Shown here: piece by piece, positions 17,064-32,505 of the stretch
Layout of the letters: the number at the start of each line of letters is the position of its first letter
How positions within the stretch are numbered: the stretch's first letter is position 1
From: Octopus vulgaris
Lineage: Eukaryota
DNA length: 64,000 bases
NCBI GenBank assembly: GCA_951406725.2
Contig: OX597838.1
Span: 29,884,001-29,948,000, forward strand
Reading direction: 5' to 3'
Notes under the pieces: generated by a model
The model's database searches: none
What the model was told of the DNA's origin: nothing
The model's input: only the letters and a program-made list of their open reading frames with translations
Translations under genes and position numbers: made by a program

Positions 17064-17262
17064 TTGTGTGTCTGTTTGTCCTCCCACCATCGCTTGATAA
17101 CTGATGTTGGTGTGTTTACGTCCTCATAACTTATCGGTTCAGCAAAAGAGACCGATAGAATAAGAACTAAGCTTACAAAGAATAAGTCCTGAGGTCAATT
17201 CCTTCAAGCAAAGGCAGTGTTCCAGCATGGCCACAGTCAAATGACTGAAACAATTAAAAGAC
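16855..17262 (+). mobile_element. Full-length SINE family A
   Basis: Head GGAGTGGCTGTGTGGTAAG (box A-like), GGTTCAATCCC (box B-like), central microsatellite and tail GACTGAAAC..TAAAAGA. Confidence 0.85.
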
Positions 17263-17688
17263 TTATGTATATATCTATATGTAATATATATATATATATA
17301 TATTAGTGTGTCTGTGTGTCTTTGTACACTTGGTTCTGTTTAATTGTATAGCCTCAATCATTGACATTCTTGAGTAATTAACCAAATTCACGTGGGAAGC
17401 AATAAATTACAAGACTTCAGTATATTGTCAGTTGTATTGTGATATGGAGACATGTGGCCTAGTGGTTGGGCTCGCAACCTTAGAAGTCACGAGTTCAATT
17501 CCTGGCCAGGTGATGTGTTGTCTTTGACCAACACTCTTCCATTTCACGTTGGAACTTGAATTTATCGACCCTAAAAGCATGAAAGGCAAAGTTAACCTTG
17601 GTGTAATTTGAACTTAGAACATACAGACAGATGAAATACTGCTAAGCATTTCGCCCAGCGTGCTATATATATATATATATATATATAT

Positions 17689-17850
17689 CCTTTTTTTTCT
17701 CTCCTTGTTTTTTCTGTGTCCCTTTCTGTAGAAGAGCGTAGGCTCGAAATGTAAAATACTTTTTCTATTTCTGTGTGTTATACTAATACATTTGTTTGTT
17801 TTGTACACCACCTGTCTTCGTCTTTTGTTTTTTTCGTAAACTCTCCCTAT
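17689..17850 (+). mobile_element. Penelope-like terminal-repeat remnant with variant hammerhead-like motif
   Basis: CTTT-CTGTAGAA-GAGC(GTAG)GCTC-GAAATGTA-AAA. A related copy lies at 63088-63345. Confidence 0.45.
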
Positions 17851-18071
17851 ATATATATATACATATAATATAGGTGCAGGTATGGCTGTGAGCAGAGATG
17901 CTTGCTTCTCAGCGACATGGTTTTGGGTTCAGTCCCACAGCATGGCACCTTGGGCTAGTGTCTTCTGCTCCAGCCTGGGGCTGAGTGAAGCCTTGTAATT
18001 GGATTTGGTAGGTGGAAGTTATTGTGTGTGTACATGTGCGTGTAAGTTACTTGGGCCTCCTAATAATGAGG

Positions 18072-18108
<37 letters not shown>

Positions 18109-19885
18109 TACTATTTATTTGTGTATAAGTTGCATTGCTTTATATTTGGTTTTTAATTGTGACGACATAGGTATGGAGCAAAACTAAAACTATGTAGTGA
18201 AAAAATTTTGTACTAAAATTTAATGTTAAATTAGGGATGCGACTTATACATGAGAAAATATGGTGTGTTTGTGTGTAATCTTGGCTTGACACTTATTTCG
18301 CTTATCCCCTAATAAGGCTTCTCGATTCCCTTTGATATTTTTCAATTATCCAGGCTTAGCCAGATTGATAACATGCCGACACTGACTTTCATATACTTTG
18401 AAATCAAACTGTTGATACCAGCTGATAATGAACTAAGGTCAAACGGATGAAGAACAATTTAATTAGGTCAACGAACAGGTTAACGTAGTCATCTGATATA
18501 AACAACAAAAGAATGTTGATTCATTGCTCGTTTCGAGACGATCCCTTTGCATGTCATATTTACAAAGATTTACTGATTGGAAAGCGGAGATAGAAATTAC
18601 GCAGGGGTCGCAGTATCTATAGTCTTTAATTTATCGAAATGGTAAAGGCGCCGCCTTGGCAGAACCATTAGCATGCCAGGCAAAAATTGCTTAATAACAT
18701 TTCATCTATTTTTGCGTTCTAAGCTCAGATTCTGCCGAGGTTGACTTTGCCTTTCATCCTTTTAGGGCCAATAAAAATAAGTACTAGCGACATATTGGGG
18801 TGGGGTGGAGTCGATGTGCCAAAATTTGAAACCAGTTTCTTGAAATAAGAATAATTGGAATATATTTGACTCTTTCTGATATTTTTTTTTTATAGACATG
18901 ACCCTGTAAACTGAACTCTGTTGCTTTAGTCACCATGGAAACAGAAACTTCTAGAATCACTTGAGACGTTCATATCAAATCAAATGTTTTATGTACCGTT
19001 TTGACAGTTTTTTTGTTTGTTGCTCAAAACTAGAAATATAAACTGACACAATTAACCGATATTAGCTTGGTTAATTGCACATGCAATTAACCCAAGTACA
19101 TTTGCATAATGGTTCAGTGTTTTCAAGAGTTATTCAATTAACCATCTTGTATATATGCGCATGCGTGTATGTATATGTGTGTATATATAAATAAATAAAA
19201 TAAAGGCGATGTACTTGCACGACAAGTATTTTGATCTGAGATTATATGCTGAAACTGGAGTGTTTGTTGTATAGAAGAAACACAAAGACCATTAACTTCA
19301 CACCATATTGCTATTGCTCAAAGTTAATGGCCATCCATGCTGAAATCGTTCTCTCTCTCATATATTTGATCAAATCACTGAATGCATAACCGTCCTGTTA
19401 AAAACAAGAAACATATTTTCTCTTGTAAAGTGGTTGGTGTTAGTAAGGGCTTCAAGCTGTAGAAACCATCCTGAAGTAGATAGTGGGGCTTGGTGCAGTC
19501 CTCTGGCTTGGCAGCACCTGTCAAACCGTCCAACCCATGCCAGCATGGAAGATGGATGTTAAGTGATGATGATATATATATATATGCATATGTACACATA
19601 TTTGTTCATGACCCTTCATAGGCCTCCAAGATTGGTGAGAAGGAGAGAGAGAAGAAGCTGTTCTCAAGCTGGCAGATTCTTCAGTAAATTGGACAAAATG
19701 TTTAGTGGCATTTCTTACAGCTCATGACATTCCGAGTTCAAATCTTGCCAGGGTCATCTTTACCGTTCGCCCTTTTCGGGGACCAATAAAATAAAAAGTG
19801 CCAGTCTGGGGTCAATGTAATCAACCCTCCTCCTCCTCAAAATTGCTGGCCTTGTACCAAAATTCTAAGTCATCATCATCTTCAT

Positions 19886-20275
19886 TAGAGGGAAGTGATG
19901 TCTGGTAGCAAGTTTATTGAAAGGTGGGTGAATGTCGCAAGAATGGCCAGTATGAACGGACCAATTCTGAGGATAGACCTGTGAGAATTAAAAGGAAATA
20001 TAAAAGGAGAAAGGGGCTCTCTACCCCCGCTTTTGACCAGGCTCCCGTGGCTTTTATGGGTTTTTCCACGAGTAACCTTTCGAAGCGCCTCCCCCTATTG
20101 GGAGTTTTAATTGTTACTTACATTTCGTTGTCATCCTGCTTTTGTACACGGACCTTTTTCAAACGGACAAAACCCTTTGTAACTTTCATCCTGTGTTTTG
20201 TCCCTTTATGTTTTAATTGATTTTTGTTAGCCCTTGTGGCCAATAAATGAACGAATTATTATTATTATTATTATT
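19886..20275 (+). mobile_element. 3' end of an L1/Tx1-type LINE (ORF2 C-terminus, 3'UTR, (ATT)n tail)
   Basis: REVMSGSKFIERWVNVARMASMNGPILRIDL* is followed by a UTR ending GCCCTTGTGGCCAATAAA and (ATT)n. UTR copies lie at about 21590-21875 (-) and 28553-28812 (+). Confidence 0.6.
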
Positions 20276-22336
20276 GCCTCTGCCTTAGCGAAGGCAGGTA
20301 TTGTTTTCAGTCATATTTGTTTATTTATCCGTGGACAAGATATCTCAAGAACTGCTGGATGGATTCAGTCAAAACTTTCAAGGATGTTTGGCCTCATGAC
20401 TGGCATGAACTGACTAGATTTTGGGATTTATCTGGTACCAGACAAGGATTCTGGGTTATTTTTCCTGTTTCTTTACTGAATTTTTGAGAGCGGTCAGGTT
20501 CATTTTGAGTATTCTCGTTTGTGAGAGCAGTCAAGTTTATTTCAGATATTCTCATTTTAAAAATCATCTCTTACTAATCGTTGAGAGGTCACACACACAC
20601 ACACACACATGTGATGAGCATGTTTTAATTTCTGTCTACCAAATCCACTCACAAGACTTAAGTTGGCCCGAGGCTATAGTAGAAGACACAGTGGGACTGG
20701 ACCTGGAACCGTGTGGCTGGGAAGCAAGCTGCTTACCCCATAGAAAATAAAGTATCGCTTAACTCTTAAGATAGATTTAATCAACTAATCCTTATCCTCT
20801 TGAACTTTAGGCCTTGTGTTTATATTATTATTATTATTATTATTATTAGTATAGTAATAGTAGTAGTAAGTATTTTGGTATAAGACCAGTAATTTTGAGG
20901 GGTGAAGTCATCTGCACTCAACTGGTACTTATTTTATTGACCCCGAAAGAACGAAAGGCTAAGTAGACCTTGGTGGAATTTGAACTCGGAACATGAAGAT
21001 AGGTGAAGTGCTGCCAGGCATTTTTGTCCACTGTGCTAATGGTTCTACCAGCTCACTACCTTAATAACAATAATAATAATAATAATAATAATAATGATCC
21101 TTTCTACTAAAGGCACAAGGCCTGAAATTTGAGGTGAGGGGGGCGGGGAATCATCGATTACTTTGATCCCAGTGTGTGACTGGTACTTATTTAATTGACT
21201 CCAGAATGTTAAGCCAGATGAAATGCCCGTAAGCAATTTGTCTGGCTTGGTAATGGCTCATTCAGTGTTTTAAATCTGGGTTTTGTCCCCGTTAACAAGG
21301 GAGGCTGGATCTACTTCAATGCCATAGCAACTGAGGTAGGCAGGTGCAGCCCACCCCAACCTTTGGGCTGGCTGGTGCCCATTCCTCCTTGCTATCATGT
21401 GGCTATTTTGGATCTGGATTTTCTACAGGGAGCATGCCGTTGCTTGCCCCCAACCCCAGTTTCTAGACATGAGTGGTCCTAAGACCAATGCCTCTACCAT
21501 GATTTTTAAGAAATGTGGTGGGAAACTAGCTCAGGAAGGCCAGGACGCTATTCCCTGTGAACCCTTTAAGAGTTACCTCCCACCTAACAACAATAATAAT
21601 AATTAATTCTTTTTATTGGCCACAAGGGCTGACAAACATGATTGGAAAACATAAAGGGACAAAACAGGACGAAACGTTACAAAAGGTTTTGTCCATTTTT
21701 CGAAAGAAAAAAGTCCGTGTAAACAAGCTTTATAACAACGAAAAAAAATTCAACAATTTACAAAACTCTCAATAGAGGAGACGCTTCGAAAAAAGAAAGG
21801 GTCTCATGTGGAAAAACCCATAAAAGCCACGGGAGCCTGGTCAAAAGTGGGGTAGAGAGCCCCTTTCTCCTTTTTACTCTAGGCAAAAGGCCTGAAATTT
21901 ACAGCAAGTCCAGTGTTTCATTGGTATTAAATCTATTGATTCTTGAAAGGCAAAGTTGACCTCGGCAGAATTTGAACTCAGAACGGAAGGATGGACGAAA
22001 TGCTGCTAAGCATTTTGCCTAGCATGCTAATGGTTCTGCCAGCTTGCTGCCTTTTTATTTTTAAGGTTCTGCCAAATTGCCGCCTACATATTGACAAATA
22101 TTGGTTTTATTATTTTGGTACGAGGCCAGCAAATTTCGGGGGGAGGGTGTAAATTGATTATACCAATCCCAGTGTTCGGGTGGTACTTACGTTATCGACC
22201 CCAACATGATTAGGGCAAAGTCATTGCCGGTAGAATTTGAACTCAGAACATGAAGACGATGAATTGTCACTATACATTTTGTTGAGCATGCTGATGATTC
22301 TGTGAGCTCACCACCTTCAATCACAACAACAACAAC

Positions 22337-22372
<36 letters not shown>

Positions 22373-22631
22373 CTTTCTACTAGAGTCACAAAGTCTGGAA
22401 TTTTTTTTTTTTTTTTTTGTCTCTGTTGGAGAGGCTGCTTAGTTTATAAATATCAACCCTCAGTTCGCAGCTGGTACTTATTTTCTCAACCATGAAAGGT
22501 TGAAAAGCAAAGTCAATATCAGCGGAATTTGAATGCAGAACGTAAAGCCGGAAGAGATGGCAGCTAAGTAATTTCTCTGCTGCTCTAATGATTCTGCCGG
22601 CTTGCCACCTCCAATTAACAGCAGTACGCAG

Positions 22632-22665
<34 letters not shown>

Positions 22666-23369
22666 ATACACTAACAATGAGAATGTTTAATGTTGTTGAA
22701 AAATAAGTCAGGTAAACCTGCAGCAAACAAAATTCTTTTCCCCTCCACCTTTCCTAAACTGGTGACTTACTTTTGTGTGGTAGAGTCGGGACTTGAGGGG
22801 GGAATTTGAGGTTGACTGATGGTTAGGTGTATTCAGCTACCTGCTCTGTGTAGCTATGGCGATTCTAGTTATACCTGTTGGTGGTGATGACGATGATGAT
22901 GATGATGGTGGTGGTGATGATAGTGATGGAGTGGTGGTTGCTGCTGTTGTTTAAAGCAATGCTGTAGAAACAATAACACTATCAGTGACAGGTAACATCA
23001 TCTACAGTCGTCAGGTAATTAGGACAGAGCTACTTAAACATGGTAACACCTGCCAACATGTATTAGGTACACATACACACGTGCTTAAATACACACAACC
23101 CTGTTGTGGATGTGTGTGTATATATCTGTCTATCTACTGCTTTCTCTCTCCCTTCACACACACACACACACACACAGGTAAGTATTCACTTGTATATAGT
23201 GTTTCTGTAATTAAGCACTTTGTCTTAATTAGTGTTTGTGCATATACTCACACACATATATACACACGTTCATACATGCACATGTATGCACACATTCTCA
23301 TGTCAGTTTCTATAAAGGTTTATATACTTAGATACAATCTTAGATTCAGTTACTCTTAATAGAATTTAC

Positions 23370-23900
23370 ATACACATGAACACATACTATGTATGTATAC
23401 TCACTATATATATGTATGTATATTCAGTGTATGTATGTATGTATACTCAGTGCATATATATAATCACTATATGTGTGTGTGTATACTCACCATATATATG
23501 CATGTATACTCACTATATATATGTATGTATATTCAGTGTATGTATGTATGTATACTCAGTGCATATATATAATCACTATATGTGTGTGTGTATACTCACC
23601 ATATATATGCATGTATACTCACTATATATATATATATGTATGTATATTCAGTGTATGTATGCATTCTCAGTGTGTATGTGTATATATATATATATGTGTG
23701 TGTGTATACTCACCATATATTTGTGTGAATACTCACTATATATACTCACTCTATACATATATGTACACTCTACATGCATGTATACTCATATATGTATATA
23801 TATATATAGGCATATATACACTCACACACACACACACACACTATATGTATATGCTTATGCATATCTACACGTGTGTGTGTATAAATATATAGATTTTTAT
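23370..23900. repeat. Low-complexity TA/TG array with higher-order unit of about 110 bp
   Basis: The block ATTCAGTGTATGT...ACTCAGTG...ACTCACCAT recurs about 3 times. Confidence 0.8.
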
Positions 23901-26900
23901 TATGTACAGAAGTACACTCGAACAAGCATGTAACCAATATTCTATGTATTTTTTCATGAACACACACTGCACACAAACACACACACACACCCAAGCATGT
24001 GTATGTGTAAATTTTTGTTCTCCTGGGTGGGGATGGAGGTTTCTACTCCGGGGTGGGGGGTACATATGCTTAATGTCCCTCATAGATAAACAAGCATTCA
24101 ATCATATAGAAGTAAACCACCAACCTACCTACCTACCTACTCACCCCCTACAAGCACTGAATTAAGGTGGTCAGGAAGGGGGGGTAGAGAGAGAGAGAAA
24201 GAAAGAAAGAAAGAGAGCAAGCAAGCAGCAATAACAGTTGTGGTGTTGTCCTCTCTCAAATCAAGACAAGGGCTGCCTTATCAAGGGGCTTTATAACTTT
24301 ACAACAAAAGATAATATCTGTCTAATCTGTTGTTTTATTAATCTGTTTACCGGGGATGGCGGGGTTCTTTCTCTTTTGTTATTTTGTTGTTTTTACTCTC
24401 CTTCTCCATTAACCAAGGAATATTTTTAGCAGCTGCTGAATAAATATCTTTACATATTGTTTTGGTTTTTTTATATGTTCATTTTTGGTCCTTTTGTAAT
24501 TATTTGCTTTGTATCCTTGTACGCACGTGTGTGCACGCACGCACGTACTCATACACAAGCGTGCACGTATTTCATAAACATGCACATGGACACAGATATG
24601 TACCTATTTCTTTACTACCCACAAGGGGCTAAACACAGAGGGGACAAACAAGGACAGACAAACGGATTAAGTCAATTACATCGACCCCAGTGCATAACTG
24701 GTACTTAATTTTTCGACCCCGAAAGGATGAAAGGCAAAGTTGACCTCGGTGGAGTTTGAACTCAGAACGTAAAGAGCCGAAAGAATTACCTATTTCTTTA
24801 CTACCCACAAGGGGCTAAACACAGAGAGGACAAACAAGGACAGACAAACGGATTAAGTTGATTATATCGACCCCAGTGCGTAACTTAATTTATCGACCCC
24901 GAAAGGATGAAAGGCAAAGTTGACCTCGGCAGAATTTGAACTCAGGACACAGCGACGGGCGAAATACCGCTAAACATTTCACCCCGCGTGCTAACCACTC
25001 TGCCAGCTCGCCGCCTTATGCACACATAGATGTGTACCGTCAGTTTCATCGTCGTTTTAACGTTCACTTTTCCATGCCTGCATGGGTCAGATGGAATTTA
25101 TTGAGGCAGATTTTCTATGGCCACTGAATGCCCTTCCTGTCACCAACCGTCCCCCGTTTCCAAATAAGGTAATACTTCCCCCATGGCCGGACACGATTTC
25201 ACTGAATATTGGAATTGAATGACACTGCTTGTGTAACAGTGACACTCGTTTACAACTGTCATACGATATCAATTCAAGAGACACAAACACACACACAGTT
25301 CTCACATATACATATATGGACGCACACACACATGATGGGCTTCTTTCAGTTTCCATCTACCAAATCTACTCACAAGGCTTTGGTCGTCCCCGGCCTATAG
25401 CAGAAGATGCTTGCCTAAGGTCCTGATTCTTTACATTTTGGGTTCAGATCTTTCCCAGGCCTCAACTTTGCCTTCACCCTTTCAGGGTTGACCGAATAAA
25501 GTACCAGTCATGTGCTATGGTCAATGTAATTAATTGCCTTCCCATCAAAATTGCTTGTCCTCGGGCCTTGATTAAAAGCAATTGTTGATGTTGTTAAGGG
25601 AAGAAAGAATTATATTTGGAAACCTTGACCGATGTATTAAATGTGATGGTGGAGACGGGGTGGAGCATAAGGTCCATTACGATTGCGTTTTATTGTTTGA
25701 CTTGAATGGAATCACTCACAGAAGGCAATTACATATTGATATGATATTGATATAATATTCCCTTTTGTAAAATACGGACAGGAGAACTGCTGTGTGGCTT
25801 CATTTAAAGAAAATCTTAAGTTCTTGTATTACTCAAGGCCATGATGAGGAAATTACGTTTGTCAATTTCTGTTTGCGTTCATTTACTCTTTCTGATAAGA
25901 TTGAATTTTGTTAAACGACATGAAATAACTAATTTTCCTTCAGATCACACCATAATGTTAAAAAAATGCAAAGGACATGTTAAGGATATCTAAAATTACA
26001 TTATTTGTTGACCAGAAAACTAGTGGAATTAATTCAATTATGAATGTGCTCAATCAGCACTGACCTGGATTTTACGCATAATTAGCTCATGTTCTATAGA
26101 ATTCATCCACATATGTGGCTGTGCGGTAAGAAGTTTGCTTCTCAACCATATAGTTCCAGGTTCAGTCCCACTTTGTGGCACCTTGGGCAAATATCTTCCA
26201 CCAACCAAAGCACCTTGGGCAAGTGTCTTCTGCCTACCAAAGCCTTGTGTGTGGATTTGGTGGATAGAAACTGAAAGAAACTTGTCGTATATGTGTTGGT
26301 GTGTTTATGTCCCTGTAACTTAGTGGTTTGGCAAAAATGATCGATAGAATAAGTAGTAGGCTTAAAAAGAGAGAAAAGTACTGAGGTGAGTTCTTTCTGG
26401 TAAAAGTCTTCAATGTGGTGCCCCAGCATGGCCGCAGTCTAATGACTGAAACAAATAAAAGAGAATTCTATTTGTTTTAGAATAGAATTCTAAAACAAAT
26501 TCCATTCTAAATTTGTTTTAGAAATTTAGAATTTCTAAAACAAATTTAGAATTCTAGAAATTTTAAAGAATTTCTAGAAATTTTAAAGTAATCTGTACAT
26601 CTCCAAAGTTTGAGGGGTCCTTGTGTGGAGTTCATTCTTTCCACTCTTCTTTCTTTCGTTCCTCCTCTCTCACATTCTCCATGGCTTTCTCTTCATTCTA
26701 ACGTTCCCTCCTCTTTCAATTCACTCTGTCCCTTTTCTTTTTTCCTCATCCCTCCCTAATTCTTCTATTCCTCTGCCTCTACCTATCTCTCTCCTCTCCT
26801 TCCACGTAACCGGTGTTTGGCTCATTCTGAACCTTCTTTCTTGGTTCGACTACCATCCGTGCAACATCTATATTCCTCCCCAAACCTGTTAAATCTTGTA

Positions 26901-27705
26901 TCCCTGCCGTAAGGCTTCACTTCCACACACGCCAGCTTAATTTAATTTGTCCTTAGTCGAAAGACACCCGTTGTTAATGTCCTTTATTTGCATCTGTATT
27001 TGTGTACCATTTCTCCATTTCTTTTTTCCTATCCTTGTTTTCATATACATTCGCTGCTTTCTTCCAAGATTAGATTTTCCTTGGGGCTGGCCAGATTGGA
27101 GCAATCTCAAGTACATCCAGCTGAAATTGCAAAGATAAGCTGGAACTCAACTGAGGAAAGAAAGCTCCAAATGACCTATCCTTGCTTTTTCTTGTCCCTT
27201 TTTTTGTATCATCTGTCTGGATGTGTTCTTGTCCCATTTATATATATATATATAATCTTTTACTTGGTTCAGTCATTAGACTGTGGCCATGCTGGGGCAC
27301 CATGCCTTGAAGAATTTTTAGTTGAATGAATCAAAATCCCAGTACTAAATCTTTTTCTTTTTCATTTTTTTGTTAAGCGCGATACTTACTTTATCAATTT
27401 CTTTTGTCAAACTGCTAAGTTACGGGAACATAAACACACACACTTACATATTCATACGACGAGCTTCTTTCAGTTTCTCTCTACCAAATCCACACCAGGC
27501 TTTGGTTGGCCTGAGGCTATAGTAGAAGACACTCATCCAAGGTGCCACACAGTAGGACTGAACCCAGAACCATGTGGTTAGGAAGCAAGCTTCTTACCAC
27601 ACAACCACACATAGGCTGTATTGTGTGTGTGTGAATGTGGTATAACTGGGTGTGTCTTGTATTGTGCATATTTATATATGCATATCATAAGGCGTTTGTG
27701 TATGT

Positions 27706-27756
<51 letters not shown>

Positions 27757-28776
27757 TACACATAGTTTCACTTCCTGTTTTTTTTTTCTTTTCTGTTGCT
27801 TTTTCAAAAGAACCCATCCTTTGAATTCCCAATATTTGTTTGTTACCTTAATTTATTGAATGGACATGGACAGGTGGATGACTTCTCACAGGAACCACCC
27901 ATGTCACCATGTTCAGGAAATAGCTGTGGTGTGTGGAAGTGGTTTTGTTTGAAGGGCCTGGCTCCCTTTTGTCCTGAGTATTGGATGTTTAGTCTTCAGG
28001 CCAGCCCTCACCAAACATAAGTAGGATGAATGGCATTCCAGCCATGACCTTCCCATTCTTCCGTCAAGTATTATCGTTTTCTTGGGCTACATTATTGTCT
28101 GTCTGTTGCTCTCTTTTTAATGCAGCGGAGTATAATTTGAAGTAATATTTGCTGCTATTTCCAGCAGTTTGTGTGACTACCTAGGTGTCTCTCCTTTGGT
28201 TTGTGATCCATTTGGTTGTTGTCTGGACATAAACTGAAGTGTTTTTGGTGTTTTAATCACATTTAGTTTGTTCTTGGCTCTGTTGGTGCATACAGCCAGA
28301 TGGGATCTAATTGAAGTGACCTATGACCTGATGTATTCCAATCATGACCATCTCGTATAATGTCTCTAGGATTTACATTATTCAAATGTGTCTCTTTAGT
28401 GGGGGATTTGGCTGCTATTTCTTACATATGTGTGACCATATAGAAGGTTCCTTTTATTGGAAGCCTTCATTGTGATGGATGCAGTTACACAGCAGCCCTG
28501 TTTAAGCCTTTAGAGACCAGCTTCATTTGGATTGACTTGGATTCACTGTTACCCTTTTGACCAGGCTCCCGTTGGCTTTTATGGGTTTTTTTTCCACCAG
28601 GAACCTTTCGAAGCGCCTCCCCCTATTGGGAGTTTTTTGTTATTTTATTTGATTGTTACACTGTTTTTACACGATTTTTTCACAAACGGACACAACCCTT
28701 TGTAACATTTCGTCCTGTTTTGTCCCTTTATGTTTTCTAATCATGTGTCAGCCCTTGTGGCCAATAAAAAGAATTA

Positions 28777-28814
<38 letters not shown>

Positions 28815-29596
28815 GGTAGCGAGCTGGCAGAGTTGTTAGCATGTTGGGTAAAATGCTTAACTGAATTTTGTCTGTCTTTACTTTCTGAGTTCAAATTCTG
28901 CTGAGGTCGGTTTTTGCCTTTCATCATTTCAGGGTGGATAAAATAAGTATCAGTTACACACAGGGGTCGATGTAAATGATTCGTTCCCTCCTATGAAATT
29001 TCAGGCCTTGTGCCTGTTGTAGAAAGGATTATTATTATCATTAAGGTGGCAGGCTAACAAGATCGTTAGCAAACCGGACAAAATGCTTAGCGCTATTTCA
29101 CCCTTCGTTACATTCTGAGTTCAAATTCTGTTGAGGTTGACTTTGCCTTTCATCCTTTCAAGGTTGACAAATTAAGTTCCAGTGGAACACTGGAGTCGAT
29201 GTGATCGACTTGTCACCTCCCCCAAATTTCAGGTCTTGTGCTTTAGTAGAAAGGATCATCATCATCATCATTATCATCATCATCACCACCACCACCATCA
29301 CCACCACCATCATCACCACCACCATCATCACCACCACCATCATCATCACCACCACCATCATCATCATCATCACCATCATCAAGGTGGTGAGCTGGCAGAG
29401 TTGTTAGCACGCTGGGCGAAATGCTTAGCGGTATTTCAAATTCTGCCAGAGTCAGCTTTGCCTTTCATCCTTTTGGGGTCAACTAAATAAGTACCAGTTA
29501 CGCACTGGGGTCGATGTAATCAACTTAATCCCTTCTTCCAAATTCGAGGCCTTGTGCTTCCTGTAGAAAGGATTATTATTATTAGTATTATTATTT

Positions 29597-29651
29597 ATAT
29601 GAGGAAGAAAAGAAGACCGACCTTAGATCAAGCTACTTTGGCTATGTGCAC
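29597..29651 (-). pseudogene. GAPDH: GAPDH pseudogene fragment: last codons (VHIAKVA*) and proximal 3'UTR, minus-strand arm
   Basis: Reverse complement of 30429-30483, with 51 of 55 positions identical. Confidence 0.75.
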
Positions 29652-30066
29652 AGTCCTTTCTACTAAAGCACAAGACCTGAAATTTGGGGGAGGTGACAAG
29701 TCGATCACATCGACTCCAGTGTTCCACTGGAACTTAATTAATTCTTTTTATTAATTAATAATTAATTCTTTTTATTGGCCACAAGGGCTGACACATGATT
29801 AGAAAACATAAAGGGACAAAACAGGACGAAATGTTACAAAGGGTTGTGTCCGTTTGTGAAAAAATCGTGTAAAAACAGTGTAACAATCAAATAAAATAAC
29901 AAAAAACTCCCAATAGGGGGAGGCGCTTCGAAAGGTTCCTGGTGGAAAAAAAACCCATAAAAGCCAACGGGAGCCTGGTCAAAAGGGTAACAGTGAATCC
30001 AAGTCAATCCAAATGAAGCTGGTCTCTAAAGGCTTAAACAGTGCTGCAGTGTAACTGCATCCATCA

Positions 30067-30507
<441 letters not shown>

Positions 30508-30667
30508 AGGAGTGGCTGTGTGGTAAGTAGCTTGCTAACCAACCACATGGTTCCGGGTTCAGTCCCACTGCGTGGCATCTTGGGCAAGTGTCTTCTGCTA
30601 TAGCCCCGGGCCGACCAATGCCTTGTGAGTGGATTTGGTAGACAGAAGCTGAAAGAAGCCTGTCGTA

Positions 30668-30728
<61 letters not shown>

Positions 30729-30940
30729 ATGTTTGTGTGTCTGTGTTTGTCCCTCTAGCATTGTTTGACAACCGATGCTGGTGTGTTTACGTCCCCGTCA
30801 CTTAGCGGTTCGGCAAAAGAGACCGATAGAATAAGTACTGGGCTTACAAAGAATAAGTCCCGGGGTCGATTTGCTCGACTAAAGGTGGTGCTCCAGCATG
30901 GCCACAGTCAAATGACATAAACAAGTAAAAGAGAGTAAAG
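30508..30940 (+). mobile_element. Full-length, well-preserved SINE family A
   Basis: Highly similar to the copy at 55473-55902. Confidence 0.88.
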
Positions 30941-32162
30941 AGTATTATTATTCAGATTGAGACAGTGAACCGGCAGAATTGTTACCTGGTTTGCCAAAAT
31001 GCTTAGTGGCATTTCTTCTAGCTTTGTTCTGAGCTCAAATTACTCCAAGGTTGACTTTGCCTGTCATCTTTTCAGGCTCAATAAAATAAGTACTACTGAA
31101 ATATTGGGGAGTGGGGTTGATGTAGTCGACTTTCCCCTCTCTTAGAATTGCTGGCCTTGTGCCAAAATTTGAAAGCTACCATTATAAGAGCAATGGATTG
31201 GCAGAATGGTTAGAGCATTGGGAAAATTTGAATTATGTTCTCTTGATGCTTTGCATTCTGAGTTCAAATCCTGGCTATCTTTGCCTTTTGTCCTTCTGGG
31301 GTTAATAGAATTAGTACCGATCAAGCTCTGGGGTTGAAACTCTCAACTAACCCTCGTTTACCAAATTTTAGGTTTTGCACCTATCTTAGAAAATGTCATT
31401 GTTATTAACTTTTTTGTTGTTATATTTCCATTGGTAAGTAGCTTGCTTCCCAACCACATGGTTCTGGGTTCAGTTCCACTGCATGGCAACTTAAGCAAGT
31501 GACTTCTACCATAGCCTCAGGCTGACCAAAGCCTTGTGAGTGGATTTGGTAGACAGAAACTGAAAGAAGCCTTGTCGTGTGTGTGTATCTGTGTTTGTCC
31601 CCCCGCCATCGCTTGACAATTGATGTTGTGTTTACGTCCCTGTAACTTAGCAGTTCAGCAAAAGAGACTCAGCTTACAAAGAATAAGCCCTAGGGTCGAC
31701 TTGTTCAACTAAAAACGGTGCTCCAGCATGGCTGCAGTCAAAATGACTGAAACAAGTAAAAGAAAAGAATTAAGGCTTATAAGGGATCACTATGCAATGA
31801 CTAAAGAAAATAGTCTAATAATGGAGCATATAAGCCCTCGATAGTAAAAAAGTAGGCTTTCGCATATCACTATTATTATTATTCTTATCATTATTATTAT
31901 AAATTATTTACAGGTTCTTTTCTTTTCACGCTAGCACAGGTGAAGGGTTTAATTATTTGAGCAATTTTTTTTCATGTCTTTTTTTTTTAATCTCCTTTTT
32001 TTTTTTCCTCAGAGTTATGTCATTAAAATTAATGCACCTTTATGAAGCTTTTTAATTGGTTCCAGAAAATGTACAACATACATAAAACCCCTTTTATCCT
32101 TTTCATAATTTATTTCCTATGAAATATACTCTATTTTCTCTTTCTTTTCTTTTTCCTTCCAG

Positions 32163-32505
32163 AACCAAATTACAACGACCCCGTTTTAGTAAAGACCGAG
32201 AGAAATCGAAATGGTGTACCGATCTTCTTGGGAAGCCTTAAAGAGGACGAACGGGAAGTGAAACTGGATCCACCTCTTAGCGCCACTGATCCAGACAAAG
32301 GCAGAGGTGGCAAAATTTGCGGCTATGGAATCATCGGCCAGCACCTACACGATGTCCCTTTTGAAATCATACTTCTCAACAATGAAACCGGTGAGGCTAA
32401 AATTGTTGTGAAGGCTGGCGAGACATTGAATTGCGAGAAAAGAGAAAAATACAAGTTCACCATTGTTGCTTATGACTGCGGGGAAATACATCATTATTCA
32501 AACAA
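32163..32505 (+). CDS. CLSTN1: Calsyntenin, first identified coding exon (cadherin repeat 1); single invertebrate homologue of CLSTN1-3
   Basis: Polypyrimidine tract and AG at 32161-62, GTAAG donor. Encodes ..LDPPLSATDPD..KICGY..VPFEIILLNNETGEA..LNCE..YKFTIVAYDCG. Starts in phase 1, ends in phase 2. Confidence 0.93.

Noticed and set aside
29182-29490. Poly-His ORF
   Set aside because: It is a (CAY)n trinucleotide tail between two SINEs.
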